This document shows positions 17,533 to 25,629 of a DNA stretch of 32,000 nucleotides, in pieces. Both the position numbers and the translations under genes were made by a program. The stretch is from Acidothermus cellulolyticus 11B (GTDB taxonomy: Bacteria > Actinomycetota > Actinomycetes > Acidothermales > Acidothermaceae), in NCBI RefSeq assembly GCF_000015025.1, contig NC_008578.1:2130001-2162000 (forward strand), in the 5' to 3' direction. A model generated the notes under the pieces. It was not told the DNA's origin. It saw nothing but the letters and a program-made list of their open reading frames with translations, and searched no databases. How positions within the stretch are numbered: position 1 is the first letter of the stretch; every line of letters begins with the position of its first letter.

Positions 17533-17829
17533 CAGGCCGTTTCGGCCCTTATCGCCACTCGATCCGGCCCGAGCCATTCGACGTGACATGCGCCTCCCTC
17601 ATCATGCCTGAGGTGTACGCCGGGAAGACGGGCCGGAGCAGGCCGGCCGGTGGACGCCGCCGCAACATCCCATCAGGCCGGCGGACGCCACAGCATCCTG
17701 TCGAGCCGACGGCGGACCGGAGCCGGGACGAACCGACCGGCGTGCTCCGCCGCGCCGGTCCGGCATGCGCAGTCCCGGACCTGGCGTGAAAGAGCCGACC
17801 GACGGGACCAGCCGCGCCGGCGTCACGGA

Positions 17830-19212
17830 TTACGATGGCCATGCCGCGGCGGTCGGGCGGGCCGCTTGTTCGAATTCTTCGCGGGGCCGCTGCAACGCTC
17901 CCAGCGACACAATCTCACGGGGAAAGAACAACGCCAGGGTCCAATCAGCCACCACCCGGACCTTGCGATTAAAGGTCGGAATGCGGGACAGGTGGTACGT
18001 GCGGTGCACGAACCAGGCCGGAAAGCCACGCATGGTGACGCCGTAGATTTGCGCAACACCTTTGTGCAAGCCAAGACTCGCGACCGAACCGGCGTACGCA
18101 TGGCGATAGTCGCGCACCGGTCTGCCCCGCAGCGACGCGACGATATTGTCACCGAGCAGTTTTCCTTGCCGCACCGCGTGTTGCGCGCTGGGACCACAGA
18201 GCGCCGGTTGCGGCTTGGTCAGGTCAGGGACCGCGGCGCAGTCACCCGCCGCCCACGCATCATCGACACCCTCGACCCGCAGCGACGCAGTCGCCCGCAA
18301 TCGATCCTTCTCATCGCGCGGGAGATCGGTGTGGGTGATGAGCGGATGGGCCCGCACCCCTGCCGTCCAGACGAGGGTGTCGGCGTCAAATTCCTCTCCG
18401 TCCGAGAGAACAATGTGCCGATCGACCGCCGATTCCAGTCGCGTCTGCAACCGCACCTCGATGCCCCGCCTCCTCAGTTCGGCGATGGTGTAGGCACCGA
18501 GCTCCCGGCTGACCTCAGGGAGGATGCGGTCGGTCGCCTCGACGAGAATCCAGCGCATGTCGGCCGGAGAAACATTCGGATATGACCGGCATGCGTCCCG
18601 CGCCATGTCTTCCAACTCGGCGAGTGCCTCGACGCCCGCGTACCCCCCACCGACGAAGACAAAAGTCAGCGCCCGGCGGCGCAACGCCGCATCATCGGTC
18701 GAGGCGGCGATGTCCAATTGCGCGAGCACGTGATTACGGAGAAATATTGCCTCCCCGACGGTTTTGAATCCGATACCGACCTCCGCCAACCCGGGTATCG
18801 GTAGCGTCCGCGCGATTGACCCGACGCTCATCACGAGAATGTCGTACTCGAGCTCTGCGGCCGGTCCGACATGCGGTGCAAAGGTCAACCGCCGGTTGGC
18901 ATGCTGCACCGCGGTCACGCGACCATTGAGGATCCGGGTACGGCGCAACACACGGCGCAATGGCACGACAACATGGCGGGGCTCAAGGTTGCCCGCAGCC
19001 GCTTCTGGAAGGAAGGGCTGATAGGTCATGTACGACTGCGGGTCGATCAGGGTGACGTTCGCCTCGCCGGGCCGCAAGGCGCGCTCCAGCCGCAGCGCGG
19101 CGTAGGTGCCGACGTATCCGCCGCCGACGATGACGATGCGCGGAACGGCCACGACGTCGACCCTATCGGTCCAGGCCACCTCGGGCGAACGCGCCGGTGC
19201 CGAGCGTGCCAA
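17830..19212 (-). CDS. ndh: Type II NADH:quinone oxidoreductase (NDH-2), FAD/NAD(P)-binding
   Basis: Two Rossmann motifs, IVIVGGGYVGTY and FVFVGGGYAGVE. Length and overall pattern match NDH-2. The longest ORF starts at TTG 19212; GTG 19152 just before VAVPRIVIVGGG is an alternative. Confidence 0.88.
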   Translation of the reverse strand: MARSAPARSPEVAWTDRVDVVAVPRIVIVGGGYVGTYAALRLERALRPGEANVTLIDPQSYMTYQPFLPEAAAGNLEPRHVVVPLRRVLRRTRILNGRVTAVQHANRRLTFAPHVGPAAELEYDILVMSVGSIARTLPIPGLAEVGIGFKTVGEAIFLRNHVLAQLDIAASTDDAALRRRALTFVFVGGGYAGVEALAELEDMARDACRSYPNVSPADMRWILVEATDRILPEVSRELGAYTIAELRRRGIEVRLQTRLESAVDRHIVLSDGEEFDADTLVWTAGVRAHPLITHTDLPRDEKDRLRATASLRVEGVDDAWAAGDCAAVPDLTKPQPALCGPSAQHAVRQGKLLGDNIVASLRGRPVRDYRHAYAGSVASLGLHKGVAQIYGVTMRGFPAWFVHRTYHLSRIPTFNRKVRVVADWTLALFFPREIVSLGALQRPREEFEQAARPTAAAWPS

Positions 19213-19367
19213 GACCGATCAGGCCGTCAATGCGCCGACGCTCCGCCCTTTTCCCCGAACGTCGGCGACTTGACTGCTCCCCGACACCAACCGATGTGCT
19301 CCGGGAATCGGCGTGCCCGTAGTCAGCACGAATTCATGCCCGTATCCAGTGGGAATACCCATGCCCG

Positions 19368-20306
19368 CTACTCGGCGTCGGCCAATTGCCGGGCACGGTG
19401 AAAAATGGCATCGAGCATCGGTTCGGTGAGTTTTCCGGTGAAGGTGTTCTGCTGGCTGGGATGGTAGGACGCCAGCAGGTGCAATCGCCGTCCATCCGGG
19501 TGGGCAATTGTGACGGACCGCCCGTGCCCGAATGACGGAAACGGCCGGGGTATCAGAAATCCGAGGCGGGCCAGCGTCGGCGGGAGGGACTGCCAGGCGA
19601 AACCGCCGAGGACGACGAGGACACGCGCGGGGAGAAGTTCGAGTTCGCGGACCAGCCACGGCCGGCAGGTGTCCCGCTCAACCGGCGTCGGTTTGTTCGC
19701 CGGTGGTGCGCACCGCACGACAGCGACCAGCCGGACGCCGTCCAGCCGCTGCCCGTCATCGACCCGCTCACTGGTCGGCTGGCGTGCGAAGCCCGCCCGG
19801 TACAGCGCGGCGAACAACCAGTCGCCGCTCCGGTCACCGGTGAAGATTCGCCCGGTCCGATTGCCGCCATGCGCGGCGGGAGCCAACCCGACGACGACAA
19901 TGCGGGCCGCGGGATCCCCGAACCCGGGCACCGGACGGCCCCAGTACGTCTCGGTCGCGAAGGCACGGCGTCGCTGCGCAGCGACCTTCTCCCGCCACGC
20001 CACCAGGCGGGGACATGCCCGGCAGCAGCTCGACCGGGCGTCCAGCTCGGCGAGGTCCTCAGCCGAAGCGGCGAGCCGGCTGACGTCCGCCGCACTGCGG
20101 GCAACCGGATCGTCCGCCGCACTGCGGGCAACCGGAGTGCCCAGCCGCGCAGGGTCACGCGGCCGGGCACCGCGGGACACGACCACGGCGGCAGTCTGGC
20201 ACGATCCGCCTCGCAAACGCCGTTGCGCCCCCGCGGTTTGTCCGGCTTTTGAACCGGTTCTAGCGAATTGCCGGGACGTTGTTACTCCGAACGGCAGCGC
20301 GAACAT
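19368..20306 (-). CDS. Uracil-DNA glycosylase superfamily protein, family 5 (UdgB)-like
   Basis: Motif A is GLAPAAHGGNRTGRIFTGD and motif B is SYHPSQQN, with the upstream CRACPRLVAWRE segment. The true start is uncertain because the N-terminal about 70 codons include a 27-nt duplication. Confidence 0.8.
   Translation of the reverse strand: MFALPFGVTTSRQFARTGSKAGQTAGAQRRLRGGSCQTAAVVVSRGARPRDPARLGTPVARSAADDPVARSAADVSRLAASAEDLAELDARSSCCRACPRLVAWREKVAAQRRRAFATETYWGRPVPGFGDPAARIVVVGLAPAAHGGNRTGRIFTGDRSGDWLFAALYRAGFARQPTSERVDDGQRLDGVRLVAVVRCAPPANKPTPVERDTCRPWLVRELELLPARVLVVLGGFAWQSLPPTLARLGFLIPRPFPSFGHGRSVTIAHPDGRRLHLLASYHPSQQNTFTGKLTEPMLDAIFHRARQLADAE
20084..20137. repeat. Tandem duplication, 27 nt x 2 (cgtccgccgcactgcgggcaaccgga+t/g)
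   Basis: 26/27 identity, read directly from the sequence. It encodes DPVARSAAD twice in the UDG reading frame. Confidence 0.9.
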
Positions 20307-20383
20307 GCCCGGTCAGTGGATGGTGCGGCTGATTGCTGTCCGTGACACTTTCACTACACCAAGTCACGAAGTGGGGGAGGATC

Positions 20384-22030
20384 ATGTCAGTCGCGGCAAC
20401 AATCGCCCGCGGCGTCACCTGGGGAGACAGCAGGTGGCGGAGATTCGCGGCGGCATTCGCCAGCGCGGCGTCGATCGTGGGATTCCTACCCGTGATCGGA
20501 GTGACGGGGACGGCGGAAACCCGGCCGTTCGTGTCAGCCGGCGAGTCGTCGTACATCGTGCGGGCGACACCAGGTCACCTCGACGAGGCTCGAGCCGCGA
20601 TCGGCTCGGTAGGCGGGCGCGTCGGCGTGGACCTCTCCATCATCAACGGTGTGCAGGCCGTTCTCACCGCCAGTGAGGCACGAAGCCTGGCAAACCATCC
20701 GGGAATTCTCTCGGTAACGCCCGATTTCGGGGCAAAACTCCAGGGTTCGAGTTACGACCCAAACACTGACGCCGGCGGTCCGGTCGGACTCTCCTCCATC
20801 GTCGGCTACAACGCATACTGGAATGCCGGCTTCTCGGGTCAAGGCATTGGAGTCGCGCTCATCGATTCCGGTGTCGTCCCGGTACCGGCACTCTCGGCAC
20901 CCGGCAAGATCATATACGGTCCAGACTTCACGCCGACCGGGTACTTCACCGAGGTACGAGGCCTGGACACCTTCGGCCACGGCACATTCATGGCCGGGCT
21001 GATCGCCGGTCGCGATCCGGGAGCAACCGCGCCGTACTGGGCCAACAGTGGGTACTACTTAGGCGTCGCCCCGGACGCGAACATCATCAGCGTCAAGGTG
21101 GCCGATGCGAGTGGTGCGACCATGGCATCCGCGGTGATCGCAGCCATCCAGTGGGTCGTCGCACACCGCAATGACCCCGGCCTGAACATCAAGGTGCTGA
21201 ACCTGTCGCTCGGGGTGCGGGACGGCCTGCCCTACCAGCAAGACCCGCTGGACGCCGCCGTCGAAGCGGCCTGGAAGGCCGGCATCACCGTCGTCGCGGC
21301 GGCCGGGAATGACGGCCAGGTCGGCATGACCGCACCGGCGAACGATCCGTACGTCATCGCGGTCGGTGCGATCGACACGAATTCCACCCTCTCGGTCTCC
21401 GACGACACTGTTGCGAGTTTCTCGAACATCGGCGACGGGACTCGCAATCCCGACTTCGTCGTTCCGGGCACGCACATCGTCGGTCTACGCGACCCCGGGT
21501 CGGCCATCGACCAGGAGTACGGTAACGGCCCCGGATCCATCAACGCCTCGCTGATGCGCGGCAGCGGAACGTCGGAGGCCGCGGCCATCACCTCCGGCGC
21601 GGTGGCGTTGCTCCTGTCGCAGCGCCCGAACCTCACCCCGGACCAGGTGAAAGCGACCCTCGTCATCCACTCCAGCTGGAACCTGCCGCAGCAGCAAGCG
21701 GGTGCCGGGGCGCTGAACATGGCCTGGGTGCTCAATGCGGCCACCGAGTACCGCACCCAGAACTGGCCCAGTGCGACCGTGAGCAACGCGGCGTCACCGA
21801 CGACGAGCGCCGGCTGGAGCCTCACGCCGTCCCGCTCGACCTGGACCGGTTCGACCTGGACGTCGGTGGACTTCACGCGTTCGACCTGGACCGGCTCCAC
21901 CTGGACCGGCTCCACCTGGACCCGGTCAACCTGGACCGGATGCACCTGGACTGGTTCGACCTGGACTGGTTCGACCTGGACCGGCTCCACCTGGACCCGG
22001 TCAACCTGGACCAATTACTCATGGTCCTGA
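20384..22030 (+). CDS. Secreted S8 (subtilisin-like) serine peptidase with N-terminal signal peptide, I9-like propeptide and a C-terminal Trp-pentapeptide repeat tail
   Basis: Catalytic Asp (VALIDSGV), His (HGTFMAGLIAG) and Ser (GSGTSEAAAITSG). ATG 20384 is preceded by GGGGGAGG. The signal-like N-terminus is RRFAAAFASAASIVGFLPVIG. Confidence 0.9.
   Translation: MSVAATIARGVTWGDSRWRRFAAAFASAASIVGFLPVIGVTGTAETRPFVSAGESSYIVRATPGHLDEARAAIGSVGGRVGVDLSIINGVQAVLTASEARSLANHPGILSVTPDFGAKLQGSSYDPNTDAGGPVGLSSIVGYNAYWNAGFSGQGIGVALIDSGVVPVPALSAPGKIIYGPDFTPTGYFTEVRGLDTFGHGTFMAGLIAGRDPGATAPYWANSGYYLGVAPDANIISVKVADASGATMASAVIAAIQWVVAHRNDPGLNIKVLNLSLGVRDGLPYQQDPLDAAVEAAWKAGITVVAAAGNDGQVGMTAPANDPYVIAVGAIDTNSTLSVSDDTVASFSNIGDGTRNPDFVVPGTHIVGLRDPGSAIDQEYGNGPGSINASLMRGSGTSEAAAITSGAVALLLSQRPNLTPDQVKATLVIHSSWNLPQQQAGAGALNMAWVLNAATEYRTQNWPSATVSNAASPTTSAGWSLTPSRSTWTGSTWTSVDFTRSTWTGSTWTGSTWTRSTWTGCTWTGSTWTGSTWTGSTWTRSTWTNYSWS
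21836..22030 (+). repeat. 13 tandem 15-nt units (consensus TCGACCTGGACCGGY) encoding (S/R/C)TWTG pentapeptides at the end of the S8 peptidase gene
   Basis: Unit boundaries were counted by hand and are in frame with the CDS. One unit is degenerate (gtggacttcacgcgt), and the last contains the stop codon. Confidence 0.9.
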
Positions 22031-22055
22031 CGCCCACGGCCGAAAAAATACGGAA

Positions 22056-24710
22056 ATGACTGAGACGAGCGCGCCGGCGCAGACTCGCTCACACAGCGAC
22101 CTCGTTCCGCTGCGGGCCTTCGTCGGCGCGCTCGTTCTGCTCGCGGTAGGCGGGCTCGCCCTCCTCTGGCCGGACGACCAGATCGTCGCCCGTTTCCACC
22201 TGCCGTGGTACGGGTTGGCGCTGCTCTTCTACCTTGCGGAGACCTGCCTCGTCCACCTGCACTTCCGGCGCGGGGCGCATTCCTTCTCCATGAGCGAGGT
22301 ACCGCTCGTCCTCGGCCTGTTCTTCGCCACACCGCGCGAAGTGCTGCTCAGCCAACTCATTGGTTGCGGTCTCGCCCTCGCCGTCCAGCGGAGGCAGAAT
22401 CCTGTCAAAGTCATTTTCAACCTCGCGAATTTCACCCTGACCTCCGCCATTGCCATCGTGGTGCTCCGCGCGCTCCTCCCCGAGCACGCGCATATCGGAC
22501 TCCACTCCTGGGGTGCGGCGGCGCTCGCGGCCGTCTCCGGCACCTTCCTCGGCTGCATTAATGTCAGTGCCGCGATATTTCTCTCCGAACGGCGGGCGGA
22601 CGTCGGGCGTTTGCTGTACGCCTTCGGCATGTTCTTCGCCTCGGCGCTCACCAACGTCAGCCTCGGTCTGATTGCCGCAACGATCGTCGACTTCCGGCCC
22701 GCCGCGGCATGGCTTCTCATCATTCCGACGGCAACGGTCTTTCTTGCCTACCGGGCCTACCTGCGCGAGCGGGAAAAGCACGAAATTCTTGAATTCTTGT
22801 ACTCCGCGAACCGCATTCTCACCCAACATCCCGAGCTGGAGGCGGCGCTGGCCGCGCTGCTCAACGAGGCGCGCCGCATGTTCCGCACCGAAACAGCGGA
22901 AGCCATCATCGCCCCGCCCGACGGCGGTCGGCTGTTGCGCATCCGGCTGGACGGTCACGGCGAGCCCCGGCTCATGGAGGCGGTCACCGATCCGGTCGTC
23001 TTGGCGTGGTGGGAGCGGATGACGACGGCGAACGGACCGCTCGTTCTGCAATACGCCGCCAAGCGGCCTCGAAAGCAACGCTTTCTCGCCCGGCTCTTTC
23101 ACGACAGCGCGGATACCAGCCCGTCGTTGGAGCACGAGTACTTGGAGCATGAGCGGGTCCGCAATGCGATCGTCGCCCCACTCCGCGGCGAGACACGCCC
23201 GATCGGCATGCTCATGGTCGGTGACCGGCCCGGCGAAGGTGCGAGTTTCGGCGGTCAAGATGTGCGTCTCTTCGAGGCGTTGGCCAATCACGTCAGCGTG
23301 GCGCTGGAGAACGGCCGTCTCGAACAATCGCTCGCCCAACTTCGTGAACTCGAGCAGAAGCTCACCCAGCTCGCGTTCCACGACCCGCTCACCGGTCTGG
23401 CCAACCGTGCTCTCTTCTCCGAGCGGCTGAGCCAGGTTCTGGCGAAAGCCAAGGCGGAAGGGCGAACCTGCGCCGTCCTCTTCATCGACTTGGACGACTT
23501 CAAGACGGTCAACGACACCCTCGGCCATGACGCCGGCGATGAACTGCTCTGCGCGGTCGCGGAACGCATCACCGGGTGCCTGCGGCCGTCCGACCAGCCC
23601 GCACGGCTCGGCGGTGACGAATTCGCCGTCATCATCGAAGACGCCTTGTCGACCCAGGCCGCCGAGCGGATCGCCGCCCGCATCACCGAGCAGCTCCGCG
23701 CGCCGATATCCGTCCACGGCTGCGAATTGCACATCCGCGCCAGCATCGGTATCGCCACCAGCCAAGGCGTGCAGACCGCGGACGAACTGCTCCGGAACGC
23801 TGACCTTGCGATGTACATGGCAAAGGCGGACGGAAAGGGCCGGTACCGCTGGTTCCGGCCGAGCATGCGCACGGCCGTGGTCAGCCGCCACCAGCTCAAG
23901 TCGGACCTCGAACGCGCCGCTGAGCGTGGTGAATTCCAGGTGCACTACCAGCCGATCGTCGACCTGCGCACGGGCCGTCCGGTCGCCGCCGAGGCGCTGG
24001 TCCGGTGGGTGCATCCCGAACGCGGCCTGCTCTTCCCGGAAACCTTCATCTCGGAGGCCGAGAACTCCGGCATCATCAATGAGATCGGCCGGCTCGTGCT
24101 CCGTCACGCCTGCGCGCATGTCGGCGGCTGGCAACAGCACGTCGAACGCAAACCCGGTGAACCCCCGTTCGCTGTCGCCGTCAACCTCTCACCGGCGCAA
24201 TTTGCTCAACCGGACCTGGTGGCGCAGATCGATGAAGCGGTCGAAGCGGCCGGCATTGACCCGAATTCACTGATTCTGGAAATCACCGAGACCATGATGC
24301 TGCAGGGCTCCGACCGGGTGCTGCGCACCCTCGACCTACTCAGCGGATTCGGCGTCCGACTGGCGATGGACGATTTCGGCACCGGCTACGCGTCTCTGGC
24401 GTCACTGCGCAAACTTCCGATCGACATCATAAAAATCGCCAAGACATTCACCGACGACATCACCGGTAATGAAGAAAAATCCCCATTTGTCCGGGCCATG
24501 ATTGAACTCGGTGAAGCACTAGGACTGGTGACCCTGGCTGAAGGGGTGGAAACCGCGCAACAAGCCCGCGAGCTGGAGCGCCTCGGCTGCCGGCTCGGCC
24601 AGGGCTATCACTTCGCCCGCCCGGTGCCCAGCGCCGGGATCGAACTCCTGCTGCAACGGTACGCCGAGCAGCAGGCGGGACTTGCGAAAGTCATCGCATT
24701 CCCGGCCTGA
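22056..24710 (+). CDS. Membrane-anchored GAF-GGDEF-EAL protein (diguanylate cyclase/phosphodiesterase)
   Basis: N-terminal about 240 aa of hydrophobic helices, then a GAF-like region (IVAPLRGETRPIGMLMVGDR). The GGDEF site is intact with an RxxD I-site five residues upstream (RPSDQPARLGGDEF). EAL motifs are EALVRW, DDFGTGYASL and EGVET. Confidence 0.95.
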   Translation: MTETSAPAQTRSHSDLVPLRAFVGALVLLAVGGLALLWPDDQIVARFHLPWYGLALLFYLAETCLVHLHFRRGAHSFSMSEVPLVLGLFFATPREVLLSQLIGCGLALAVQRRQNPVKVIFNLANFTLTSAIAIVVLRALLPEHAHIGLHSWGAAALAAVSGTFLGCINVSAAIFLSERRADVGRLLYAFGMFFASALTNVSLGLIAATIVDFRPAAAWLLIIPTATVFLAYRAYLREREKHEILEFLYSANRILTQHPELEAALAALLNEARRMFRTETAEAIIAPPDGGRLLRIRLDGHGEPRLMEAVTDPVVLAWWERMTTANGPLVLQYAAKRPRKQRFLARLFHDSADTSPSLEHEYLEHERVRNAIVAPLRGETRPIGMLMVGDRPGEGASFGGQDVRLFEALANHVSVALENGRLEQSLAQLRELEQKLTQLAFHDPLTGLANRALFSERLSQVLAKAKAEGRTCAVLFIDLDDFKTVNDTLGHDAGDELLCAVAERITGCLRPSDQPARLGGDEFAVIIEDALSTQAAERIAARITEQLRAPISVHGCELHIRASIGIATSQGVQTADELLRNADLAMYMAKADGKGRYRWFRPSMRTAVVSRHQLKSDLERAAERGEFQVHYQPIVDLRTGRPVAAEALVRWVHPERGLLFPETFISEAENSGIINEIGRLVLRHACAHVGGWQQHVERKPGEPPFAVAVNLSPAQFAQPDLVAQIDEAVEAAGIDPNSLILEITETMMLQGSDRVLRTLDLLSGFGVRLAMDDFGTGYASLASLRKLPIDIIKIAKTFTDDITGNEEKSPFVRAMIELGEALGLVTLAEGVETAQQARELERLGCRLGQGYHFARPVPSAGIELLLQRYAEQQAGLAKVIAFPA

Positions 24711-25629
24711 GCGCCACGCTGAGGACGAGGCCGTCGAGAATGTCGTGTTCGCTGGCGAGTACCGCGTCCGCGTGTGCGCGGGTGAGCACGGCATCCAAGA
24801 TGACCACACCCGCAGCGAGAACATCAACCCGGCCAGGATGAATCACGGCCCGCGCGGCCCGCTCCGCGCGAGTGCTTCGCAGCAAATCCTCGGTTATCTC
24901 GTGCACGACGTCCGCGGGAATGCGTGCATGGTGCACGCGGCGGGGGTCGTAGGTGTCCAAACCCAACGCCAGGGCGGCCACCGTCGTCACCGAACCGGCG
25001 AGCCCCACCACGGTCGCGGCGGTCTGCAGCGGCACGACCCGGGCGGCCTCGTCCAGCCCTTGCTCGACGTCGCGGCGCAGCGCCTCGATCTCAGCGGCGG
25101 TGGGCGGGTCGTGCCGGACATGCCGCTCAGTGAGCCGCACACACCCGATATTGACAGAGACCGCCGCCTCGGGCTCGGATGTCCCGAGGACGAATTCTGT
25201 CGACCCGCCGCCGATGTCCACGACAAGAAAAGGTGCCGGTACGCCGGTCAGGCCGCTGAGGTCGTGGGTTGCTCCGAGGAAAGATAACCGCGCTTCTTCG
25301 TCGCCGGAAATCACCTCGGGTTCCACACCGAGAATGTCACGGACGCCGCGGAAGAATTCGTCCCGGTTGGCCGCGTCGCGGGTCGCACTCGTCGCGGCGA
25401 ATCGAAGGGCCTCCGCTCCGAGGTGACGGATTTCGGCGGCGTACTCACGGCACACCTCGAGCGTGCGCTGCACGGCCGCCGGGTCCAATCGGCGTGACCG
25501 ATCCACCCCGGCACCCAGCCGCACGATCCGCATGCGCCGGACGAGGTCACGCACCTGCCCGCCGTCGACGTCGGCGATGAGGAGCCGCAGCGAATTCGTG
25601 CCGCAATCAATGGCCGCGGCCCGGGTCAC
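24691..25629 (-). CDS. ppx: Exopolyphosphatase / guanosine pentaphosphate phosphohydrolase family (Ppx/GppA)
   Basis: AAIDCGTNSLRLLIADV, ATSATRDAANRDEF and VVDIGGGSTEF are the ASKHA-fold Ppx/GppA motifs. The start is taken at GTG 25629, 5 nt after GGAGG. The listed longer ORF (to 25728) runs through a DNA repeat. Confidence 0.9.
   Translation of the reverse strand: MTRAAAIDCGTNSLRLLIADVDGGQVRDLVRRMRIVRLGAGVDRSRRLDPAAVQRTLEVCREYAAEIRHLGAEALRFAATSATRDAANRDEFFRGVRDILGVEPEVISGDEEARLSFLGATHDLSGLTGVPAPFLVVDIGGGSTEFVLGTSEPEAAVSVNIGCVRLTERHVRHDPPTAAEIEALRRDVEQGLDEAARVVPLQTAATVVGLAGSVTTVAALALGLDTYDPRRVHHARIPADVVHEITEDLLRSTRAERAARAVIHPGRVDVLAAGVVILDAVLTRAHADAVLASEHDILDGLVLSVALRPGMR

Noticed and set aside
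17495-17589. 30-codon ORF with a GAGGGAGG Shine-Dalgarno-like sequence (ATG at 17589, minus strand) that reads into the tRNA and stops at its TAA anticodon
   Set aside because: The product (MSRRMARAGSSGDKGRNGLAPVAQRQRRTP) has no protein-like features. The overlap with a tRNA gene makes translation implausible, so it is most likely coincidence.
17416-17830. Possible integrated mobile element or genomic island at the tRNA gene
   Set aside because: No integrase, excisionase or phage/plasmid genes lie on either side. I could find no direct repeat of the tRNA 3' half elsewhere in the window. Flanking genes (ndh, msrA) are core and compositionally uniform.
21232-22014. Minus-strand ORF with striking VQVEP pentapeptide repeats
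   Set aside because: It is the reverse-complement reading of the STWTG 15-nt repeat and overlaps the S8 catalytic domain antisense. The plus-strand frame carries the Asp/His/Ser triad, so this ORF is a mirror artefact.
22089-24140. 683-aa ORF antisense to the GGDEF-EAL gene. Similar long antisense or out-of-frame ORFs occur at 10561-12273, 6310-8220, 9391-10242, 17650-18585, 19510-20676, 28056-29051, 28607-29845 and 29650-30570.
   Set aside because: These are typical shadow ORFs of GC-rich DNA. They are Arg/Pro/Gly/Ala-rich with no recognisable motifs. Each is fully covered by an opposite-strand or other-frame gene with unmistakable family signatures.
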